Source of the DNA: Ruminiclostridium sp.
GTDB taxonomy: Bacteria > Bacillota > Clostridia > Oscillospirales > Ruminococcaceae
Direction of reading: 5' to 3'
DNA length: 64,000 nt
NCBI GenBank assembly: GCA_017625405.1
Contig: JAGALB010000043.1
Coordinates: 153,900-217,899 of the forward strand
Position numbers and translations under genes: made by a program. Under the pieces are notes generated by a model. That model was not told the DNA's origin, ran no database searches, and saw only the letters and a list, made by a program, of their open reading frames with translations. This document shows, piece after piece, positions 57,417-64,000 of the stretch (positions are counted from its first letter, which is position 1; each line of letters begins with the position of its first letter).

Positions 57417-59768
57417 ATGAAAAAAATTATTATTTTAATTATTGTTGCAGCAATCGGTGCTGCAAGCATTATAGGGCTTGAATATTTCGGTGATTTTCAG
57501 AAGGAGCTTCCTCAGACTTTTGTTGAGGAACCTGTTGATGACGGAATTTTTACGGTTTCGTTTTCAAAAAACAAGTCATTTTACAGTGAGGATATTGAAG
57601 TTGAACTGAGTTCCAACAGGGAAGATGCAGTTATTTATTATACTACTGACGGTAACGATCCCACTGAAAAATCCAAGAAATATACATCTCCTATAAAGAT
57701 TTCTTCACGTTCAAAGGTAAACGCAACCACAATAAAAGCTATGGCTGTTACGGAAGAAGAAAAAACTGAGATTTTCCATAAGAGCTATGTTGTCGGTGAT
57801 AATGTAACTGAACGCTTCAGTGAGGATACTCTTATTTTTGTCCTCTCAACCGATGAATATAATCTTTATGATTATTATTATGGTGTTGCTACTGAGGGTT
57901 ATAAACGTGATGAATACCTCAACTCCGATGAGTATAAAGGTGGAGAAATTCCTCAGAACGCCCCTGCAAACTGGTATATAGGCGGAAGAGAGAGTGAACG
58001 TGATATGTATGTTGAAGTGTTCACTCCCGACGGCGAACAGCTTATTTCCCAGGCGGCGGGTGCAAGAGTAGTTGGTGGTTATTCAAGAGCTGTCGATCAG
58101 AAATCGTGGCGTCTTATCGCAAGAAACATTTACAGCGAAGGAAACGGTAAGTTCAAATATGCATTTTTCGAGGGTGCTACTGATGCATACGGCAATCTGC
58201 TTACCCGTTATGACCGTATTACACTCAGAAACGGCGCCAATGACCGTGAGTTTGCGGGCGTCAGGGATGAGCTTTCAATGACTCTTTCTGCTCAGGCGGG
58301 TTTTCCCGATACACAGAACGTCAGACCTGCAGCAGTTTTTCTGAACAGTGAGTATTATGGATTTTCATGGATTCATGAAGCTTACAGCAACGATTATCTC
58401 GCTAATAATTATGGTGGTATCAAGGATAATTTCCGCATTGTGGGCGCAAAGGAGCAGGAAGTAGAAGGCGATGACGAGCAGTGTGTTGAAGACTGGAATT
58501 ATCTCCTTGAAGTTTCTCAGCGTGGACTTACAAATCTCTATAATTTCAGAGAATTCTGCTCACTTGTTGATATTGATAATCTCATTCAGTACTATGCAAT
58601 TCAGATTTACATAGATAACAAGGACTGGCCGGGTAATAACTTCAAGGCATGGCGTTATTATCCTTCTGAAGGAGAAGAGATTACCAGCGAATACCTTGAC
58701 GGTAAATGGCGTTTTCTCTTGTTTGACGCAGAATATGCATGGGGTCTCTACGGTAATGGCCATCGTGACAATACACTTTCCAATGTTCTGACAGGAAATC
58801 ACATGCAAGGTGATTCGGTACTTCTCAGACAGGTGCTTGAACGCTCCGATATGCGTGAAAAGTTTGCTAACGCTATGTGCGATCTTATCGGTGGTGCTTT
58901 CGAGGAGCAGAATGTCCTTAATGTGCTTGATGAGCTGATTGAAACAGGCGATACAGAGTGTATGTATGCTCTTGAAAATGGTTATACCTCTACATGGGCA
59001 CGCAGAGAGCATTTTGAAGACAGCCGTAATCAGATCCGTGAATTTGCAGGCAGACGTGCCACAGTCATTCTTAATGCAATGAGCGAAAGATTTGATTATG
59101 ATAAGGAATATTACACGGTAGTATATAACAATCCCACAGGTGCAAAGGGAAGCCTTAACACCCAGACTCTTACCACTTCAGGAACTGTTTCTGCCGATTA
59201 TTTTACAGAATGCAAAGTACCTCTTTCAGCGGAGGCACTCAGCGGTTATGAGTTTGATTACTGGATGGTAAACGGTGTAAGATATGATTCACCTAATATA
59301 AAGGTGGGCGCAGCAATGGCGGATGAATACGGCATTGTTTCCGTAAATCTTTATGTTAAGAAGACAGGACGTGTCGATTCTATTTATGTAAGTGAGCTTT
59401 ATACTTCAGGCGACGGCGATTGGATTGAAATATATAATCCTACCGAAAACGAGCTTTCGTTAACCGGTCTTTATCTTTCTGATGACGAACTCAATCTTCA
59501 GCGCTGGAAAATGCCTGATGTTAAAATCAGTCCTGAAAGTGTCTATACTGTTGTCTGCAAGAATAATAACGAAAAATCAGCATTAAAGAAGTATCAGACC
59601 AATTTCAGTCTTAAAACGGGTGAAACACTATATCTTTCTGATGAAAAAGGAAATATAATATCTTCCGTTGCTGTTGTTGATATGGAGGATAATCAGTCAC
59701 TTTCAAGAGGTCTTGACGGGCTTTATAAGATAGGCGGAATTTCCGAAAATTCGCATATTGAGAATTAA
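57417..59768 (+). CDS. CotH kinase-family protein with Fn3-associated/chitobiase-C-like, InlB-B-repeat-like and lamin-tail (LTD) domains
   Basis: 783 aa. N-terminal TM/signal. AVIYYTTDGNDPT block. CotH-like core (IQIYIDNKDWPGNNFKAWRY). C-terminal LTD VSELYTSGDGDWIEIYNPTENELSLTGLYLSDD. Confidence 0.75.
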   Translation: MKKIIILIIVAAIGAASIIGLEYFGDFQKELPQTFVEEPVDDGIFTVSFSKNKSFYSEDIEVELSSNREDAVIYYTTDGNDPTEKSKKYTSPIKISSRSKVNATTIKAMAVTEEEKTEIFHKSYVVGDNVTERFSEDTLIFVLSTDEYNLYDYYYGVATEGYKRDEYLNSDEYKGGEIPQNAPANWYIGGRESERDMYVEVFTPDGEQLISQAAGARVVGGYSRAVDQKSWRLIARNIYSEGNGKFKYAFFEGATDAYGNLLTRYDRITLRNGANDREFAGVRDELSMTLSAQAGFPDTQNVRPAAVFLNSEYYGFSWIHEAYSNDYLANNYGGIKDNFRIVGAKEQEVEGDDEQCVEDWNYLLEVSQRGLTNLYNFREFCSLVDIDNLIQYYAIQIYIDNKDWPGNNFKAWRYYPSEGEEITSEYLDGKWRFLLFDAEYAWGLYGNGHRDNTLSNVLTGNHMQGDSVLLRQVLERSDMREKFANAMCDLIGGAFEEQNVLNVLDELIETGDTECMYALENGYTSTWARREHFEDSRNQIREFAGRRATVILNAMSERFDYDKEYYTVVYNNPTGAKGSLNTQTLTTSGTVSADYFTECKVPLSAEALSGYEFDYWMVNGVRYDSPNIKVGAAMADEYGIVSVNLYVKKTGRVDSIYVSELYTSGDGDWIEIYNPTENELSLTGLYLSDDELNLQRWKMPDVKISPESVYTVVCKNNNEKSALKKYQTNFSLKTGETLYLSDEKGNIISSVAVVDMEDNQSLSRGLDGLYKIGGISENSHIEN

Positions 59769-59814
59769 GCAGGATAAGATATAGGTAAAAAACTGTTTAT
59801 TAGTATGAGTAGTT

Positions 59815-59857
59815 AAAAACATATGCCGCCGCAGTAACACTGCGGCGGCTGTTTTTA
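59815..59857. terminator. Bidirectional terminator between the CotH gene and the convergent GNAT gene
   Basis: GCCGCCGCAGT/ACTGCGGCGGC stem. TGTTTTT on plus, ATATGTTTTT on minus. Confidence 0.85.
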
Positions 59858-60406
59858 TAAAATCCAATAATCTCCGTATAGTTCACCTTTATGTCCGGTT
59901 ATTTTCTCTTCGGTCAGATGAAAACCGTGATATTCAAGCGCTTTTATTCTTTCTGATGCTTCAGGAATAGCTTTTGTAGCTGTCATATTGCATCCGAACA
60001 GCTTTTTTGTTTCCGGTATAATTATTCCGAGTATATTAATAATTATTTCAGATTTTTCATAGTCGCTTCTGAGATCAAGTCTGAGCAGCCCGCAATTATT
60101 GAAAAAATCCTTTGCTTTACGATTGAAAAGCTCAATTGTACCAACTGCGCAATTTGTGTTTTTATCAATAACCGACCATCGCACATAATATTTCTTCTTA
60201 TATTCATCCTGCCAGAAATCAATTGCCTGCTTCATCTGTTCGATTGTTTTGTAGTGAAAATTATTGGTGCAGTTATCACTGTTAAAAAAGGGAAGTGCCT
60301 TTTCATCGGAGTATACGTTCAGCAAATCTACTACATCTTTCTGGTTGGTCTGTCTTAAAATAAAATCGTCATTTTCCAGAACAGGGCATTTTTCGTATAT
60401 ATTCAT
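59855..60406 (-). CDS. GNAT-family (RimJ/RimL-like) N-acetyltransferase, translationally coupled to the polymerase gene
   Basis: Start moved to ATG 60406 (MNIYEKCP). Its SD AAAGGAG overlaps the polymerase TAA stop (60417-60419). Confidence 0.75.
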   Translation of the reverse strand: MNIYEKCPVLENDDFILRQTNQKDVVDLLNVYSDEKALPFFNSDNCTNNFHYKTIEQMKQAIDFWQDEYKKKYYVRWSVIDKNTNCAVGTIELFNRKAKDFFNNCGLLRLDLRSDYEKSEIIINILGIIIPETKKLFGCNMTATKAIPEASERIKALEYHGFHLTEEKITGHKGELYGDYWIL

Positions 60407-60416
60407 ATTATCTCCT

Positions 60417-61589
60417 TTATATAGTTCTTGCAACGCTTACGGCGTCAATGCCGTATTTTTTTCTTATTTTTTCCATGGCTTCTTCAGCGTTGTCAAGCTT
60501 CTCGTGTGCATTATAATCCTGTGTAAAGTCAAGCTGTAACGGTTCGTAACAATCTGTAAGATTAATAGCTCTCACAGTTACGGACCTCACTTTATCATGC
60601 CAGGTATAGTTTGTAATGAATAATTCATAAGCTTTTTCCGCTATAACCCCAGAGCATTGCGAAGGAATGGAAAGAGGTGCCTGGAATTGCTTTACAGAAA
60701 GGTTTGTATCCTTTATAGATAACTGCACACCGCAGGCTTTAAGGCCTTGCTTTCTTAATTTGTGAGAAACAATCTGTGCCATTTCGGTGATTACTCTGTG
60801 CACCTCATCGTTACTATTAAGATCGGCCGGTAGTGTAACACCTCTGCCGATACTTTTGGCTGGTGCATGATAATCCGTATGCATAACAGGCGAGGTGTCA
60901 AAACCGTTGGCATAAGCCCATATGCATTCTCCCATTTTACCGAATTTTCTTATAAGAAAATTTTTATCTGTGTTTGCAAGTTCGCCTATTGTGTTTATAC
61001 AGTGATTTTTCAGAGCTTTCCCCAGATTCGGACCGACACCGAGCATATCGGTTACAGGTAATTTATAGATGATTTCTCTGAAATTATCGAAAGGAATGAC
61101 TGTTACCGCATCAGGCTTTTTCAGATCGGAACCGAGCTTTGCAAATACTTTATTAAAGCTTACACCGGCTGAAATTGTAATGCCGATTTCCTTTTTAACC
61201 CGTTCACGTATTTTATGTGCGATTTCCTCTCCGTTCCCAAAAAGCCTTTCACTGCCTGTTACATCAAGCCAGCATTCATCTATGCCAAAAGGTTCGACAA
61301 GATCGGTGTATTCTTCATATATTCTGCGTACTCTGCGTGAAAATTCAACATACTCATCGTGATGAGGAGGGATTATCAGAAGCTGCGGACATTTGCGCTT
61401 GGCTTCCCATATCGCTTCGGCGGTTTTTACACCGTATTTTTTTGCTTCCTCGGTTTTGGCAAGAACAATACCATGCCTGTCTTCTTTGCTTCCGCAGACT
61501 GCAACGGGCAGACCTTTAAGCTCAGGATTCAGGTATAGTTCCACAGATGCGTAAAAAGAATTAAGGTCGCAATGAAGTATAGTACGCAA
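60417..61589 (-). CDS. Y-family DNA polymerase (DinB/UmuC-like translesion polymerase)
   Basis: ILHCDLNSFYASVE and FGIDECWLDVTG catalytic blocks. Start set to TTG 61589, 6 nt after AAGGAG. The listed TTG 61622 lies inside the divergent promoter. Confidence 0.88.
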   Translation of the reverse strand: MRTILHCDLNSFYASVELYLNPELKGLPVAVCGSKEDRHGIVLAKTEEAKKYGVKTAEAIWEAKRKCPQLLIIPPHHDEYVEFSRRVRRIYEEYTDLVEPFGIDECWLDVTGSERLFGNGEEIAHKIRERVKKEIGITISAGVSFNKVFAKLGSDLKKPDAVTVIPFDNFREIIYKLPVTDMLGVGPNLGKALKNHCINTIGELANTDKNFLIRKFGKMGECIWAYANGFDTSPVMHTDYHAPAKSIGRGVTLPADLNSNDEVHRVITEMAQIVSHKLRKQGLKACGVQLSIKDTNLSVKQFQAPLSIPSQCSGVIAEKAYELFITNYTWHDKVRSVTVRAINLTDCYEPLQLDFTQDYNAHEKLDNAEEAMEKIRKKYGIDAVSVARTI

Positions 61590-61615
61590 AGTAAGCTCCT
61601 TTCCGATAAAATCTC

Positions 61616-61644
61616 TTGACAAAAGATAAAATCAATGTTATAAT
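61616..61644 (+). promoter_or_regulatory. Consensus sigma-A promoter driving the XRE/ImmA genes
   Basis: Perfect TTGACA-17 nt-TATAAT. Predicted TSS about 61651. Confidence 0.7.
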
Positions 61645-61647
61645 TGT

Positions 61648-61677
61648 CACGAACGAATTGTTTAAACACGAACAAAT
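61648..61677. promoter_or_regulatory. Operator-like repeats in the overlap of the two 5' UTRs
   Basis: Direct repeats CACGAACGAAT (61648-61658) and CACGAACAAAT (61667-61677) flank the perfect palindrome TGTTTAAACA (61659-61668). Confidence 0.5.
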
Positions 61678-61690
61678 CGGGTGCAAAGTT

Positions 61691-61719
61691 ATTATACAAC
61701 ATTTGTTTATGAATGTCAA
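61691..61719 (-). promoter_or_regulatory. Consensus sigma-A promoter driving the polymerase-GNAT operon
   Basis: Minus strand perfect TTGACA-17 nt-TATAAT. Predicted TSS about 61684. Spacer contains CAAC-ATTT-GTTT. Confidence 0.7.
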
Positions 61720-61746
61720 TAGGCTTTTTGTAGAAAGGATTGAATT

Positions 61747-62124
61747 ATGGAATTTACTGAAAAGCTTCAGAAACTTCGCAAAGACAGAGGATTCACACAG
61801 TCAGAGCTTGCTGAAAAGGTCGGTGTATCCTGTCGCAGTATACAGAATTATGAGCTGGGAGCACGTTATCCCAAAAGAGATATACTTAATAAGCTTTGTC
61901 GTGTTCTGGATACAAAAATTGAATATCTTGTAAGCAGTAATGATTTTCTTGGAATAGTAGAAGCAGAAGACGGAATAAGCGGAGTTGCGTCAGCCCGTCA
62001 GCTGCTTGATTGTGCGGGTGCATTGTTTGCAGGCGGCGAAATGAGTGAAGATGACAAGGATAAGGTTATGCTTGCTCTGCAGAAGATTTACTGGAAGGCA
62101 AAAGAAAAAAACAAGCGTAAATAA
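61747..62124 (+). CDS. XRE-family helix-turn-helix transcriptional regulator (ImmR-like)
   Basis: 125 aa. LRKDRGFTQSELAEKVGVSCRSIQNYELGARYP. SD GAAAGGA. Confidence 0.88.
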   Translation: MEFTEKLQKLRKDRGFTQSELAEKVGVSCRSIQNYELGARYPKRDILNKLCRVLDTKIEYLVSSNDFLGIVEAEDGISGVASARQLLDCAGALFAGGEMSEDDKDKVMLALQKIYWKAKEKNKRK

Positions 62125-62162
62125 GCTTATTTTATGGTTTATAAAAAGGGGTGAAGACGGTT

Positions 62163-62669
62163 ATGGCTGATATTTCCGATATTGTGAATGAGCTTACAAA
62201 AAAATATAAGACCCGTGACCCGTTTTCCCTTGCTGAAGCACTGGGGATTGATGTTGATTGTGCAGATCTTGGCAGTCTTAAAGGATTTTATATAGTTTAC
62301 AGCGATAACAGATTTGTTGTGCTCAATACAAACCTGACAGAAACGCTTTCCAGAGTTATTCTTGCTCATGAAATAGGCCATGATATACTTCACATGGATA
62401 TTGCAAAAAACGGCGGACTCAAGGAAGCTTCGTTCTTTGATATGAAAAGCAAGCCTGAGATGGAAGCCAATGTTTTTGCGGCAAATCTTCTTATAACGGA
62501 TAAAGAAGTAATCGGATATGGCGAAGACGGATATACAGCAGAGGATATGGCAAAAGCCATGTATGTTCCGTACCCGCTTGCACTTATTAAAATCAATAAT
62601 ATGATAAAACGTGGATATGAGTTGAACATACCTTATGTGCCTAAAGCGGAATTTCTTGGTTCAATGTAA
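62163..62669 (+). CDS. ImmA/IrrE-family (COG2856) zinc metallopeptidase
   Basis: HEIGH zinc motif at 62377-62391 (ILAHEIGHDILH) and downstream EMEANVFAANLL. ATG 62163 preferred over GTG 62151. Confidence 0.85.
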   Translation: MADISDIVNELTKKYKTRDPFSLAEALGIDVDCADLGSLKGFYIVYSDNRFVVLNTNLTETLSRVILAHEIGHDILHMDIAKNGGLKEASFFDMKSKPEMEANVFAANLLITDKEVIGYGEDGYTAEDMAKAMYVPYPLALIKINNMIKRGYELNIPYVPKAEFLGSM

Positions 62670-62675
62670 ATGAAT

Positions 62676-62709
62676 AAAAGCAGTAAGATGAAATCTTACT
62701 GCTTTTTTT
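62676..62709. terminator. Bidirectional terminator between ImmA-like gene and convergent trkH
   Basis: AAAAGCAGTAAGA/TCTTACTGCTTTT stem followed by seven T on the plus strand. Confidence 0.85.
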
Positions 62710-62711
62710 GA

Positions 62712-64000
62712 TTATTTTTTCCATGTAACAGGAGAGAAAAGGAGCAGAACAGGGAAAAGTTCAAGTCTTCCTGCAAGCATATTGAAAATAAGAACAAGTT
62801 TAGAGGTGTCGGAAAAAAATCCGAAATTCTGAGTAGGACCTACCAGGTCAAGACCGGGTCCTACATTATTGATTGTTGTAGCAACTGCAGTGAAATTTGT
62901 TACAAGATTATGATTATCAAAGGAGATAATCAGAACTGATATAACAAAAATCATAAGATAGCACACCATGTAAACATTTGTAGAACGTATTACATTGTGT
63001 TCGATTTTATGTCCGTCAATCTCAAGCTTTCTTATATGGTTCGGATGAATAAGGAGTCTAATTTCCTTTGCCATTGATTTGAAAAGAATGATAAACCTTG
63101 AAATTTTTATACCGCCACCTGTACTGCCTGCGCATGCACCTATAAATATCAGGAGAACGATTATTGTACGTGAAAGCTCGGGCCACAGGTCAAAGTCCAC
63201 GGTCATGAACCCTGTTGTGGTTATGATTGATGCTATTGTGAAGGTTATGTGCTTCAGTGCTTCGCCGAGTGAAGGGAAAGAAGCACCGATATTCAGTGTT
63301 ATAATAAGGACAGCAACCGCAATTACAGTTAAATATGCTTTAAGCTCAGTGTTTCGGAAAATATCACGGAACTTTCGCATAATTATAAGGAAGTATATGT
63401 TGAAATTAATACCGAATAATATCATAAATACAGTTGTGACAATCTGCACATAATCGGAATAACCTGCAATACTGTCATTTTTTATACCGAAACCGCCTGT
63501 TCCTGCTGTTGCAAAGGCTATATTTATGGAATCGAAAACAGGCGTTCCGCCGAAAATCAGAAGAAGAAACTGAAGTACTGTAAGCCCGAAATACATTGCG
63601 TAAAGCAGAAGTGCGGTTGTTTTTACACGGGGTACAAGCTTGCTTACGGAGGGACCGGGGCTTTCTGCTTTCATAAGATTCATGTTCTGTGCGCCCGAAA
63701 GGGGAAGAAATGCCATAATGAATACAAGAACACCCATGCCGCCTATCCAGTGGGTGAAGCTTCTCCAGAGAAGTATGGATTTTGGTAATGATTCTACATC
63801 CGAAAGAATTGTAGCACCCGTGGTTGTGAATCCCGAAACGGTTTCAAAAACAGCATCTATAAATGAAGGGATACATCCTGAAAAGAAAAACGGTAAGGCA
63901 CCGAAGATACTGAGGACAATCCAGCTCAGTGCAACAATTACAAAACCTTCTCTCGCATAAATTGTCTTTTTACGGGGTTTTTTCAGAAATGTTATAAGAA
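62712..64000 (-). CDS. TrkH/KtrB-family potassium uptake membrane protein, 5'-truncated by window edge
   Basis: Hand translation shows the frame stays open from 63738 to 64000 (...EGFVIVALSWIVLSIFGALPFFFSGCIPSFIDAVFETVSGFTTTGATIL...WRSFTHWIGGMGVLVF), continuous with listed ORF 62712..63737. Confidence 0.85.
   Translation of the reverse strand, partial: LITFLKKPRKKTIYAREGFVIVALSWIVLSIFGALPFFFSGCIPSFIDAVFETVSGFTTTGATILSDVESLPKSILLWRSFTHWIGGMGVLVFIMAFLPLSGAQNMNLMKAESPGPSVSKLVPRVKTTALLLYAMYFGLTVLQFLLLIFGGTPVFDSINIAFATAGTGGFGIKNDSIAGYSDYVQIVTTVFMILFGINFNIYFLIIMRKFRDIFRNTELKAYLTVIAVAVLIITLNIGASFPSLGEALKHITFTIASIITTTGFMTVDFDLWPELSRTIIVLLIFIGACAGSTGGGIKISRFIILFKSMAKEIRLLIHPNHIRKLEIDGHKIEHNVIRSTNVYMVCYLMIFVISVLIISFDNHNLVTNFTAVATTINNVGPGLDLVGPTQNFGFFSDTSKLVLIFNMLAGRLELFPVLLLFSPVTWKK

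Noticed and set aside
61651-61663. Cheo/LexA box GAAC-GAATT-GTTT just downstream of the XRE promoter
   Set aside because: The spacing is 5 nt rather than the required 4. It is more parsimoniously part of the CACGAAC repeat/palindrome operator set.

Overview
AT-rich, Firmicutes/Clostridia-type chromosomal segment (taxon inferred from gene content only: rnfCDGEAB, yunB, CotH, ylxM-ffh-rpsP, lon-engB). It is densely coding and mostly housekeeping. Supported genes include a 5'-truncated TrmH methyltransferase, a GH31 hydrolase, tRNA-Pro/Leu/Arg, a 1137-aa repeat-rich surface adhesin, glnA, dCMP deaminase, a CE2-like esterase, dprA, an MCP, an rRNA methyltransferase, prfB, rpmE, ylxM-ffh-rpsP-KH, a complete rnfCDGEAB operon, two GGDEF proteins, glyA, prs, rarA, lon-engB, comEA, metA, an amino-acid ABC transporter, DUF2325 plus feoAB, DUF951-prfA-tsaC-coaE, ligA, a CotH protein and a 5'-truncated TrkH/KtrB gene. 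I saw no rRNA, CRISPR array, transposase, integrase or phage structural genes. The best candidate for something new is a terminator-bounded four-gene cassette (59855-62669). In it, an XRE repressor plus an ImmA/IrrE-type metalloprotease lie divergent from a Y-family polymerase-GNAT operon. The two units are wired by two perfect consensus promoters that face each other, with overlapping 5' UTRs and repeated operator-like motifs. Other items worth checking: a structured tRNA-like element between two tRNAs, DSDK tandem repeats and an odd sorting signal in the adhesin, an unframeshifted prfB with an SD-AUG-UAA mini-ORF in its leader, an alpha/beta hydrolase with Gly at the nucleophile position, twin TGTTAG-N6-CTAACA palindromes at DUF2325, and small leader hairpins at rpmE and metA. 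Several longest-ORF starts in the supplied track run into promoters or neighbouring genes and were shortened. All calls rest on motif recognition by eye. No database search or folding computation was run.
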